Of a stretch of 64,000 bases of DNA, positions 30,987 to 41,176 are shown one piece after another (position 1 is the stretch's first letter; each line of letters starts with the position of its first letter). The notes beneath the pieces were generated by a model, which was given only the letters and a program-made list of their open reading frames with translations, searched no databases and was not told the DNA's origin. The DNA is from Pelagomonas calceolata. Taxonomy: Eukaryota. The DNA is taken from positions 3,100,001 to 3,164,000 of the forward strand of contig CAKKNE010000001.1 of assembly GCA_918797485.1 (NCBI GenBank). The letters are read 5' to 3'. A program made the position numbers and the translations under genes.

Positions 30987-32228
30987 ATGGCCACGAACGA
31001 AGGGGCTGCCGCGTCAACTCATGAAGACGCTGCCGCAGCGGCGCCGGCGCCGGCGGCAGGGCGCCATGAGTTCGCTGAATCGCTGCCGGACCTGCTCGGC
31101 AAGCTTCCTGAGCGCGCTCGGAAACTCGTTGTTGAATTTCTCTTCGGCGAGCAAGCCAAGGAAGCGCAGGAGTCGCAAGCCAGCGCCGAGGTCCTCGATC
31201 TGGAGAAATTGACGTTGCGTGCGGAGACCGCGGAGCTCCAAGCCGAGGTAGCGCGAAGTAAGGAGGAGCTCAGAACTGAACGCGACGTCAACAAACAGCA
31301 GCGCGCGGAAATAGCCGCTCTCAAGCGTCGTTTGCAGGCGGTCACGCCCACCAGTCCGTCTCTCTCGATCGTCGCGTTCAACACGCAAGGTTTGAAGATC
31401 CTAGATCCGGAGTTCAAAGACGACTTTGAGTGGCTGGTGGGAGTATTGGCCGAGTATGACGGTATCATGCTGTCGGAGGTATTCGAAAAGTCCAAAGATG
31501 AACGGGTGGGAAGGCTAAAGGAGATGCTCGAGACAAGATCCAGGCAGAATTGGCAGGTGTGCTATTCCGAAGGGTCGGGCGCAAAGGGTGCAGAATCGAG
31601 GAAGAGACTACAAGTGCACGCGGTCTTGCTCAAGAGTTCGCTGGAGGTTCTGCGCACGACGACGACCCACACAATAGGCGGCCGAGTTATGGCCTACGCG
31701 CCCTTCTCGGTGTTGGTGCGTGTCCCCGCGTTCTTCTCCGAAGACAAGAAGAAGGTGCAGGATGTCTGCATTACGAGCGTGCACCTGCCGCCGTCGTCCA
31801 AGCGAAAAGAGCGGGACCAGCAGGCGCGGGCCCTGTTCGGGAATTACGCCAGCGAGGTGGCACGGGATGCGTTGAAGGTACCCTTCACACGCCAAGGTGC
31901 AAGGGAGGCGAAGAAACAGCCGGTAGCTCACATCGTCGGCGGCGATGAAAACGCGAGTAGCAACCACCTAAAAGAGCTTGGCGCAAGCGACGCTAACGGG
32001 TGGCACGTCGGCCTTGGAAACGAAGTCAATACATCATCCGGTGACCAGCCGTACGACAACTTCGTGATATCGAAGGAGACGACGCAGGACTCATTCGTCA
32101 CTGAGTACCGCGTGCACGAGTTTCCAAGGCAGATGGCCAACAACAAAATGGGCGTGAAGGGGGTTTCGGACCACAAGCTCATAGGGCTGCGGATAACCCG
32201 GACCACAGACCGCGCTGGCGGCAGATAA
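30987..32228 (+). CDS. DNase I-like EEP (exo/endonuclease/phosphatase) nuclease with N-terminal F-box-like motif and coiled coil
   Basis: SIVAFN, YDGIMLSEV, ITSVHLPP, IVGGDEN, PYDNFVIS, VSDHKLI; N-terminal LLGKLPERARKLVVEFL. Confidence 0.85.
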   Translation: MATNEGAAASTHEDAAAAAPAPAAGRHEFAESLPDLLGKLPERARKLVVEFLFGEQAKEAQESQASAEVLDLEKLTLRAETAELQAEVARSKEELRTERDVNKQQRAEIAALKRRLQAVTPTSPSLSIVAFNTQGLKILDPEFKDDFEWLVGVLAEYDGIMLSEVFEKSKDERVGRLKEMLETRSRQNWQVCYSEGSGAKGAESRKRLQVHAVLLKSSLEVLRTTTTHTIGGRVMAYAPFSVLVRVPAFFSEDKKKVQDVCITSVHLPPSSKRKERDQQARALFGNYASEVARDALKVPFTRQGAREAKKQPVAHIVGGDENASSNHLKELGASDANGWHVGLGNEVNTSSGDQPYDNFVISKETTQDSFVTEYRVHEFPRQMANNKMGVKGVSDHKLIGLRITRTTDRAGGR

Positions 32229-32472
32229 TCAAGGCGGCGTCGTTGCCGATTTCGTAATGCCACCTCCGTCCTCACCGACGGGGCCGGGTCACAAGTCCGG
32301 AATTCAAGCAGCAGAGCGCGAAATCCCCTGCCTAACTTCGCTGTGAAAAGTGAGTATGTAGGAAGTATGTAGGTCTTATTAATATCCCCCCCCCTTTTAG
32401 TGTGCTTCAAAGTTAAGTTGTAGTTAGTATGCAACTGGGAATTTAGAGAAGGGTGGCGCAGTAAAGAAGAAC

Positions 32473-32516
32473 AGGCCAGCGGTGGCGCGGCCCCGGCCCG
32501 GGAGTTGGTTGCACTA
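32473..32516 (+). repeat. 44-bp direct repeat, copy 1 (copy 2 at 34628-34671)
   Basis: AGGCCAGCGGTGGCGCGGCCCCGGCCCGGGAGTTGGTTGCACTA, 40/44 identical to copy 2. Confidence 0.9.
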
Positions 32517-32969
32517 GACGACGTCAGTGGCACGCGGCCGACGATCACTCTGACCAAGGTGTCGCCGCGGTGGAGCGCCGACATTGGGCGGTCTAAATTA
32601 ATGAAAATTAAAAGCAGCCTCGCGGGATCCTCGCGGGCTACCCGTCTCCACTCTGAACCATGTTTTACCCCGGATGACACGTGTCAGGAGTCTGGTGGGG
32701 AAGAGATGTCCCCCAGACAGCATCCATTCGCGACCCCGGGCGTACGCCGCGCATCTGCGCGGCCCACACCCGGCCTCTCCCAAACAATTGGCCGCGGGCT
32801 GCCTTCACGGTGGCTTATCTCGGCGCACGGGTGGCTTATCTCAGCCCCACAACCAAGACAGTAACCAGCCGCGAAGTGGAACTGCACACTGCCAAGTTTG
32901 GGTGCAGCAGCAACTGGACTCTCGTCTACGAGCGTAGCGACATATTGCTAAGAACGACATCGACGCATC

Positions 32970-34604
32970 ATGCCCGGGTACGTCAACCTCAGCGCTGCAT
33001 TCTCCCGGTTTTCTATCAGCCCAGCCCGCGGCACTGTCAAAGTAAATGATGAGTACAAAGGCGTGGTGACTGGCACCTCTGTGTACGGCTTGCACGTAGG
33101 AATCAACGCAAAAATGAGTAGAATTCCCGGCAGCAAAAGAGCCATAGGCCTCGTGTTCAAGCCGCGTCTGTCGAACAGCCTAAATAGTGGATCAACCGAG
33201 CCGGACGTGGAGCGCGTCGTGCGCGATGACTTGCGGATCTCGAAAGGTGACGCTGTCGATGTGAAGGTCATCGAGATCCGCAATGGGAAGCCGGGCTTTG
33301 AGCTCGTCAATCGCGCCCCATGCCCAAATTATCTGCTCGGCCTTTGCACATTTGCTCACCCGTGGCTGTCCAAAACCACATGTTGTAGGGACGGCTCTCA
33401 CGAGCTGCGACCTGGGCTGCGACCTGCGGGCTACGACAAGTGGCTGGTGAATCAAGGTCTGGCTCCTCGTGATCTGATACATATGGGCTGGGTCTACGGC
33501 GGCCAGCTTGGACTTGCAAATTCTCAGGAACGGATGGCCTACCATCGCGTTAGCGTCGCGGCTATCCGGGAGCTCCGAAGCCAATACGGGCAAGTCATGA
33601 GCGACGTCGACCAGAACCTCCCGCAGGGCAAACTATTTTACGAGCGGCCCGAAGAGACCACGGCTCACCTTTGGAAGGATGCGCGCAGCCCAACCGACCT
33701 GCAGAGTGCCGTCTTTGGTGTTCGTGTGCTTGTGGAGCGGCTGGCCTATCTATCTGGATCTGCCGCGGCCGGCGACTATTTGCTCGGTGCCCCGTTGACG
33801 ATGGCCGACCGATGGAGAAATATGCGCTTCCATGCTTTTAGTCTGGTGCGAAGCGCCGACGACGGACCCGACGGACCCGTTCAGTGGTCGGGCCATGGCC
33901 AACTAAACTGCTACCCCTATACCGAAGTAACTGAGCGTTCGATCATCGAGGTCGTCGCTAAATTGGGCGTCATCCTCGAAGTGCTATTCGAGGGACGAAA
34001 CGCCGACGGCGTGAACCCACGGGCCGTTTCCACTGCGCTGATCGCCGCGTTCTCTGCGCCCCCAATTCTCGAAGGGGATAAGGAAACGACCCAAAAAGGC
34101 ACGCCGAGCAAAAAGCAGGCATACAGCTACCCTAGCACCGTGTTAAATAATCAGCTTGAACTGTTTGAACTGTTGCAGGTCAAGGCGGCGGCGGCGGGCG
34201 CGGCGGCCGCTGCGCACGCGGCGGTGGCGGAAGCGACGGCCAACCCGGGCACCGCGCCTCATGCACAGCTTCAACTGCTGCGGGCCGTGGCCGCTGCCAG
34301 GGACGGGGCGGCCGCTGCGCACGCGGACGTGGCGGACGCGGCTGCGGCGGACCATGCCAACTTCCCGACCAAATCCAACCCGAGACCCGAGTCTCGTGTA
34401 CAGCTTGAACGGGAGAAGGCCAGGGCGGCGACGGCGGACGCGGCGGCGGCGGCCGTGGCTGTCGCGGCGGACGCTGCGGCGGCGGACGCTGCGGCGGCGG
34501 ACGCGGCGATCGCTGCGGCGGCGGACGCGGCGATCGCGGCGGCCGTGGCGGCGGCCGCGGCAGATGCGCTCCTGACGGCGAAGCTCGATGGCCTCCATGT
34601 GTAA
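32970..34604 (+). CDS. S1 RNA-binding + CCCH-like zinc finger + putative HEPN RNase domain + Ala-rich tail
   Basis: S1: VKVNDEYKGVVTGTSVYGLHVGI...GLV...SKGDAVDVKVIEI. CCCH-like: CPNYLLGLC...C...H. HEPN-like: SAVFGVRVLVERLAY...WRNMRFH (RNxxxH at 33816-33833). Confidence 0.72.
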   Translation: MPGYVNLSAAFSRFSISPARGTVKVNDEYKGVVTGTSVYGLHVGINAKMSRIPGSKRAIGLVFKPRLSNSLNSGSTEPDVERVVRDDLRISKGDAVDVKVIEIRNGKPGFELVNRAPCPNYLLGLCTFAHPWLSKTTCCRDGSHELRPGLRPAGYDKWLVNQGLAPRDLIHMGWVYGGQLGLANSQERMAYHRVSVAAIRELRSQYGQVMSDVDQNLPQGKLFYERPEETTAHLWKDARSPTDLQSAVFGVRVLVERLAYLSGSAAAGDYLLGAPLTMADRWRNMRFHAFSLVRSADDGPDGPVQWSGHGQLNCYPYTEVTERSIIEVVAKLGVILEVLFEGRNADGVNPRAVSTALIAAFSAPPILEGDKETTQKGTPSKKQAYSYPSTVLNNQLELFELLQVKAAAAGAAAAAHAAVAEATANPGTAPHAQLQLLRAVAAARDGAAAAHADVADAAAADHANFPTKSNPRPESRVQLEREKARAATADAAAAAVAVAADAAAADAAAADAAIAAAADAAIAAAVAAAAADALLTAKLDGLHV

Positions 34605-34627
34605 TTCACGGACGCGCCTAGCATTAT

Positions 34628-34671
34628 AGGCCAGCGGTGGCGCGACCCCGGCCCTCGCGTTGGTTGCACTA
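34628..34671 (+). repeat. 44-bp direct repeat, copy 2
   Basis: AGGCCAGCGGTGGCGCGACCCCGGCCCTCGCGTTGGTTGCACTA, 23 bp after the S1-HEPN stop codon. Confidence 0.9.
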
Positions 34672-35281
34672 CGATAACCCGAGCACCGTGTTTCGTACAC
34701 AGTTGTTGGAGTCGACGGCGGAGTTGGCGGCCGCGGCGGCCGCTGCGGCGACGGCGCCCGCCGCTGCGAGTTCCTGAGCCGCGCTGCCGCATTGAGCTCC
34801 ATTGCGTCCTGCATCCATCGTCTCCCTCATCTTCCCATCTTTCTCACTAAACTTAAAACTTAATCATAACCCCATACTCCTCGAAAGTCTTCGCCGTCGG
34901 CCCGTCGCCACTTCACCGCAACGACGCTGGTCAGGATCAAAATCGGCACGCTGCGAGGGCCGATTGTCTGCGCCTCCGGCGCCTCCAGGTCGAAGCCGAG
35001 GGCTCCGACGCAGAGGTGGGCCGCCAGGACGCTCCAAGCGCGGCGGCGGCGCGGTCCAGGAAACCCGCGTTCAGCAACAAGAAACGTAATCATAGAGAAA
35101 CCCATGCACCGATAGGAATGCCCTGTACAAGGAGACATGCGTCTGGCGGTGGCCACCAGAGATGATCACCTTGGGCCAGCGCATAGCCAAAAGCATCATC
35201 CTATACAGTCAAATCGCAGCCCTGGACCAAAGCACACCTGCAAAACAGCATCCCTGCAATAGGCCAGAGCGCTGGGGAGCG

Positions 35282-37519
35282 ATGCGAGTGCTTTCGCTGC
35301 TCCTCTTGCTGCGACACAGCCTGGCATTAGTCCCCCCAGCAGCCAAACCCCGCGCCACGCGACTCAGCGCCCTCACCGATGAAGTTTTGGACGTGGCGCA
35401 GTGGGTCGGTACGAATGCTGATCAACTGCCGATCGGCGAGTACGCGCCGTTCGCCGCCGCGGGCGCCGCCGCCGGCGCGATGGCGGTCTCCGGCGCGGCC
35501 GTGCTCCGAAGTTTTGAGCGGGACGCGCCGGTGGAGTCGCCCCTATCTAAAGATGGGCGGTATGATCCCGAGGCCGCAGATGCCTACTTCGGAAGGAGGC
35601 CCATCCAAACGCTGAAACGGGGCGCGGAGATCGCCGGTCGGGCCGCGGGCCTCGGCGCTGCGATATTGCTGGACGTGGCCACGGACTCCGTCAAGGAGAA
35701 CGAGAAAGAGAGGGCGACCGCCGTCGTCGACGCGCTCGTCTCGCTCGGACCCACCTTCGTCAAAGTCGGCCAGGCCCTCTCGATCCGGTCTGATTTACTC
35801 TCGGAGGCTTATTGTGATGCGCTGACGACGCTCCAGGACGCCTGCCCGCCCTTCGATGATGCAGAAGCGCGGAAGGTCATCGCCGACGAGGTCGGCGCGG
35901 ACGCGTTTGCGGATCTGTCTTCTTCCGTCATCGCGTCGGCGTCGCTGGGCCAGGTCTACGTCGGCCACGTCTTACGGGATGACGAAAAAGTCAAGGTCGC
36001 CGTCAAGGTCCAGCGGCCGGGCGTCGCCGAGACCATCGCGCTGGACTTGCATTTGTTAAGGATTGGCGCTGGACCGCTCAAAGCTCTATTCCAGGCCAAC
36101 ACGGACTTGGTCGGTCTCGTGGACACGTGGGGCGTGCGCTTCGTCGACGAGCTCGACTACGTCCGGGAGGCGGGCCACGCCGTCGACTTTAGCCGGGCCA
36201 TCGCCGAGACGCCTTTATGCGGCGCGGTCTTCGCGCCCGAGCCCCTGGAGCACCTCACGTCGCGAAAAGTGCTGACGACGACCTGGGTCGAGGGCCAACG
36301 CTTAGACTACGTCGCCGACGCCACGGCCGAAGGTGAGTTAAGAAGGAAGCGCCGCGTGTCGCAGCTTTGTGGTGTGGCGATGAATAGCTATTTAACGATG
36401 ATGCTCGAGACGGGTATACTCCATGCGGACCCGCACCCGGGCAATCTGATCGTCGAGGAGTCGACGGGACGGCTCGCGATCTTGGACTGGGGCCTCGTCA
36501 CGGAGATGGATCCGGACCTCCGCCTGTCGTACATCGAACACATTGCGCATTTGGTGGCCAAGGACTACGGGAAGGTGCCGAACGACCTGGTGAAGTTGGG
36601 TTTTGTGCCGGAGGGCTACGAGGAGGCCATCGAGTCGTCGGACGCCGTCGCCGTACTGACGGACGTCTACACGCAGTTCGCGGGCGGCGGCGGCGCCGCG
36701 AAGATTGATGTGCCAGCAGTTCTGACGGAGATGCGCGCGCTGGCGGACCGGCAGGGCAACCTGTTCCGCTTGCCGCCCTACTTTGCCTACATCGCCCGAG
36801 CGTTTTCGGTCTTGGAAGGCATCGGTTTGAAGAACGACCCTGACTATGCTATTGTCGGAGAGTGCCTACCGTATGTGTCGCAACGACTCCTGTCGGACCC
36901 GTCGCCGCGCGTCGCGAAAGCACTGGAGACGTTCGTGTACGGTGGGGAAGACCAGCTCGTCAAAAAAGTCGATGCGGACCGGTTGACTTATCTCGCGGAC
37001 GGCTTGCAGAGTTATTCCAAGTCGGAGACGGGCAATCAAGTGGATGTGGATGTGTTGGACGACGCCGTCGGCGTCGCGCGCAAAGTGGCCGATCTGCTAC
37101 TCGTGGATGGGGACGAGCCCACTCCCCTCCAGACCATCGTCGAGGCGGAGCTTGCGAAGGTGCTCGGGGCGTCGCTGCGGCAGTCTTTTGCGCAGGCGCG
37201 CGACTCGCGGGCAGGTACGCTCGCGCGGACGCTCGTGGACCCCTTCGGCGTGCTGGATCCGTTGCTGAAGGGGCGCCTCGTCGCGCCGGACCGCGACGAC
37301 CGCGTGCAGCTCGCGACACTCTCCAGGGTCGCGACGCGCGCGGGCGGCGAGCTCGGCGCGGCGGTCAACTCGCTGTCGGAGCTGCCCGTCGACGAGCAGC
37401 GCGAGGCGCTCGCGGAGCTCGGCGACCTGCTGTGGCGGAACCGCGCGGGCGCGTCGAAGGCGTCGCGGCGGATAGCGGCGCTGCTGCTGGAGCAGGGGCT
37501 GGAACGGGTGGGAGCGTAA
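35282..37519 (+). CDS. ABC1/UbiB atypical kinase, plastid-targeted (ABC1K family)
   Basis: Signal + transit MRVLSLLLLLRHSLA-LVPP; LGPTFVKVGQALS, ASASLGQVY, VAVKVQRP, ELDY, LHADPHPGN, ILDWGL. Confidence 0.93.
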   Translation: MRVLSLLLLLRHSLALVPPAAKPRATRLSALTDEVLDVAQWVGTNADQLPIGEYAPFAAAGAAAGAMAVSGAAVLRSFERDAPVESPLSKDGRYDPEAADAYFGRRPIQTLKRGAEIAGRAAGLGAAILLDVATDSVKENEKERATAVVDALVSLGPTFVKVGQALSIRSDLLSEAYCDALTTLQDACPPFDDAEARKVIADEVGADAFADLSSSVIASASLGQVYVGHVLRDDEKVKVAVKVQRPGVAETIALDLHLLRIGAGPLKALFQANTDLVGLVDTWGVRFVDELDYVREAGHAVDFSRAIAETPLCGAVFAPEPLEHLTSRKVLTTTWVEGQRLDYVADATAEGELRRKRRVSQLCGVAMNSYLTMMLETGILHADPHPGNLIVEESTGRLAILDWGLVTEMDPDLRLSYIEHIAHLVAKDYGKVPNDLVKLGFVPEGYEEAIESSDAVAVLTDVYTQFAGGGGAAKIDVPAVLTEMRALADRQGNLFRLPPYFAYIARAFSVLEGIGLKNDPDYAIVGECLPYVSQRLLSDPSPRVAKALETFVYGGEDQLVKKVDADRLTYLADGLQSYSKSETGNQVDVDVLDDAVGVARKVADLLLVDGDEPTPLQTIVEAELAKVLGASLRQSFAQARDSRAGTLARTLVDPFGVLDPLLKGRLVAPDRDDRVQLATLSRVATRAGGELGAAVNSLSELPVDEQREALAELGDLLWRNRAGASKASRRIAALLLEQGLERVGA

Positions 37520-37551
37520 GGTTGTTCGTGTATTTAGGTCACATAAGTCAC

Positions 37552-40500
37552 CTACCGCCGCTCCTGCCGCCGCGGGGGAGGGACGTAGACGTCGCCTCCC
37601 TTCCGCTTCTTGTCCCTCCTCCTGGAGCGCTCGCGCGACCGCGACCGCGAGCGATCCCTCCTTCGCGACCGGTCCCGCTGGTCCGTCGGCGCCTTCGCGC
37701 CGAAGCGCTCGGCGCGGGCGGCCAGCCGCGCTCCGAAGTCGGGTTCTGGAGCGGCGACGTCGGCGATGGCTGCCGGTGCCGGCGCGGTCTTCGGCGGCAC
37801 GTCGAAGCGCGACTTCCTCGCTTGCGCGGGCACCGCGGGCGCCGGAGCCGCGGCCGCAGACATCCCGAAAGTAGCGGAGCCCCAGTCGTCGTCAGCATCG
37901 GCGGCTGCCGGTGCCGGTGCGGACGCCACCGCGACGTCGTCGTCGGCAGTCTTGTTATCAGCCGCGATCTGAGCCATGAGCGTCTGCTTCACAACTTTTT
38001 TGACCGCGGCCTCTTCGACCCCGAGCGCCTTGGCGACCGCGGCTCGTAGCGTGCGCACGGTGAGCGAGCCGGCGCCGTACTGCGCCTTGATGGACTCGTC
38101 CTCCGCTAGAATTTGCTTCGTGCGTGCCGCGACCGTGGCGTCGTTGATGGTACGTACGGCGCTCGGCGGCGGCGGCGACACGGCCCTCGGTGAGACAGTC
38201 CTCGGGGCGCTAGGATCGGGTATGAGCGCGGCCGCCTCGATGACGTCGCCCAGGGCGGCGGCCGACGCTCGGCAGTCGGCGTGGACCAGGGCCGTGGTGC
38301 CGTCGTCTACGGAGCTAGCGACACATCCCTCCAGGACCCACAGGCTCTCAGTAGCGCTCCAACCCACGCTGAACGCTTCGCCGCAGATGCGGCAGTGCCG
38401 CGGCTTTTCGTCAGGCGGCGCCGGGATCGCCTTCGGGGTAGAGGCGGCCTCGGCCGAGAAGCCGGTCGACGACGGCGCCAGATCGGGCGCCACCACCGCC
38501 GCGGGGCGATTGAGGAACGATGGCGTGGGCGGCGGCGCCACGGCCTCGCAACTTCTGCGGCCCGCCCCCACGACGACGACGCGGCCGCGCTGCCCAACGT
38601 CTACCCAGCGTAGTTTCTCGCCACCGTGCGCCCTAACAAGCGCCTTGACACCACCGAACGCAGAAAAATCCAGCGTCAGGCGTGAGGCGTCGATGCAGTC
38701 GACGCCTTGCGACACGATGATATCGTAGAGGGCGTCGACCGCCCCGTCCGCGGTCAGAGGCGGTGCCTCTTCTGTCGCCTCGGGCTTCTGATACGTCGCC
38801 GCGCCGCGCACCGACGCCTCGAAGGTCGCAACGGCGTCCCGCAGCCGGTCCTCGTCCAGTCGGCCCTCGACAAAGAGCGAGTCGTAGAGCGCGTCGTTTT
38901 GAAATAGATACGCGAGTACGTCTTCGTCGAGGCGCGTGATGGCGTCGGGCAGGCCGTGGATATCGGTGGGCGCCGGCGCCGGCTCAGAACCCGGCGGCGC
39001 GAACGCGGGCGCGGCCGGCTCAGAACCCGGCGGCGCGAACGCGGGCGCGCTGCGCGACGGCGGCGCCGGCTCGTCGCGTTCAGGCGACCTCGAGCCGCGC
39101 GCCGCGCCACGCGGACTTCGCTTCGGCTCGGCGGGCGGCGCAAACGCGGGCGCCCCGTGATCGAGCGCGATCCACCAGGTGCCCTCAGATCCTGTGTTAT
39201 GGTGGGGCATGTACGTGAAGCGCAGGCCCGAGTTTTCGACGGTGCGGAGCAGCTTGACTGACTTGCGCGTCGGCACCTCCAGACCAGTACAGGCGGGACT
39301 CTTGTAGAAATCGGGGAGCTGCCAGGCGTAGATGCCGCCGCCCTTCGCGGCGAGCCAGCCTCTGAGGGCATTCGCGAGGGCTGGCGCGTCGACCTCGGCA
39401 GCCGTGACTCTGCGCGCCCTTTGGCGGCCGTGCGACGTCTTGCCGTCGCCCGACGCGGGGGGCCACGGCGCTCGCGGCGGAATTCTTGGCTCGATGGTGC
39501 CGGCCCGCCGCCGTTCGGCGGCCCGCCCGGCTCTCACCGACGGCGTCTCGCCCTCGTCGCCCGAGAACTCCGCGCCGTCAAAGTCGGCATCGTCACTAGA
39601 GATCGTGATCGACGGGCGGGGCCGGCGTGTAGCCACCGACGGGTGGAGCCGACGTGTAACCGCTCGGACCGGGCGGGGCCGGCGTATAACCGCCTGGACC
39701 ATACGGCGGGAACGCCGGTCCCCGCGGGGGCTGCGACCATTGCTGAGGCGAGGTCCAGGGCTCCGACTGCGTCTGGACCGGCAGTACCGGCGGGCCCCAG
39801 GGCGTGGGCGGCGCCCAGCGCGGCGCCTGTCCGAACGGCGCGCCCTCGGGCGTGATGACGTGGGTCGCCGCCGCCTCGGCCGCGTACGGGTTGCGCCAGC
39901 CGCGCGGCGCCGGCGCCGCGTTCGTCGCGGCCGCCTCGGCGGCGTAGGGATTCCTCCACGGCCGCGGCGTCGAAACAGCGGCGCGCGGCTGCGGAGGAGG
40001 CCGCGGCGCCGGCGCCGCGGCCAGCACCGCTCGCGAACCCAGCGGTCGGAAGTCGTCGTCGACGAGTGCGCCGCCGCGGGTCATCCATGCTGGCTTGATA
40101 GCTCCGCGCCCGCGGCCCGCAGGAGCTGGGTTCTCGTCGTCGAGGAACCCGCTCTCGTAGTCGATGCCGCCCGACTCCATGACGCTCTCGTAGGTCGGCG
40201 ACGGCGGGTTCGAGTCGGACAGCGACGACTGGCTCCAGACGCTCGAAGAGTCGTCGCCGTCGTCCGCCGCAGCGGGAACTTGAACGACGGGCTCTCGCCG
40301 CTTCTTACCGTGGCGCCGGCCGCCGACGCCGCCCGTAATCCTACGGCTCCGCTTTGGCGGCGAACCGGCCAGCGCCTGAGCGATCGCCTCGTCGTTGGCC
40401 GTCGCCTGCCGCGCGAGCAGCGCGCTCACTGGCATTTCGTCTTCGCTGTCGCTGGCGCTGCCGTCGTCGTCTTCATCGCTGAAGAGTGCCGCCGCGGCCC

Positions 40501-40873
40501 GCTCAGGCGACGAGCGCCGCTCCGGCGCGACCGGCGGCTCCCACTGCGACCACTCACGCCCGTTCGCCGTGTGGACGTAGTAATACCCTCCCGTCGAACG
40601 AGACTGCTTCACCGCCCAACCCTGCGCCTTCAGAGCGGGCGAGAGCGTCGGCGCCTCTCCGGTGAGGTCGATCGGCGGGGCGCGGGGCGGTGCTGCCCGC
40701 GGGCGCGGTGGCGGTGCGGGCCGCGCGCCGGGCCGCCGGAACGAGCCGAGCGCGGTCGGCTGGCAGAGCTGCGCGCCGTGCCGCGCCGACCGCGCCTTCG
40801 AGTAATTGCTCTTGAGGCGTTCCTTCGCCTTCTCCAGGGCATCCTGGTGCTGAGAGGTTGCCATTAGGCTCAC
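37552..40873 (-). CDS. Multidomain RNA-processing/chromatin-like protein (WW, Pcf11-type zinc finger, DEK-C, Tho1-like motif, RS tail); one apparent frameshift near 39615
   Basis: WW GWAVKQSRSTGGYYYVHTANGREWSQWEPP; CRICGEAF..W....LW....CV...VHADC; LTVRTLRAAVAKALG; RLAARAERFG; RDRSRSRSRERSR. Split over two overlapping ORFs. Confidence 0.7.
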
Positions 40874-41176
40874 GCTAGCGGCACCGGTCTCGTCGAGCGG
40901 TATATGGCGCTGGTGCCGGATCTAGAGCCGGGAGAGCCAAGGCTCAGTTTGAAGGTACGGCGGGTTACACGCGCCGCGGCTGTCGTCCGCAGGCACGGCG
41001 CGCTGGGAGAAGTCAATTTATGACTGCCACTACGAACGCCAACCCCCTAGCGGCCATTTGCTGCTTGATGTCGCCTTCGCAGGCGCGGGGCAGCGTGGAG
41101 CTAGCGGCCTGTAAGACACTAGCCGCCGGATATATATATACACCGCAGAAAACAGCGAACAACAACTTAGGGAACA

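Noticed and set aside
32473..32516. 7SL/Alu-like or tRNA-derived RNA
   Set aside because: Only GCGGTGGCGCG resembles the 7SL 5' end; the downstream sequence does not.
32806..32843. Two tandem GGTGGCTTATCTC copies upstream of the S1-HEPN gene
   Set aside because: Could be GATA-type sites, but two short copies are not enough to support a call.
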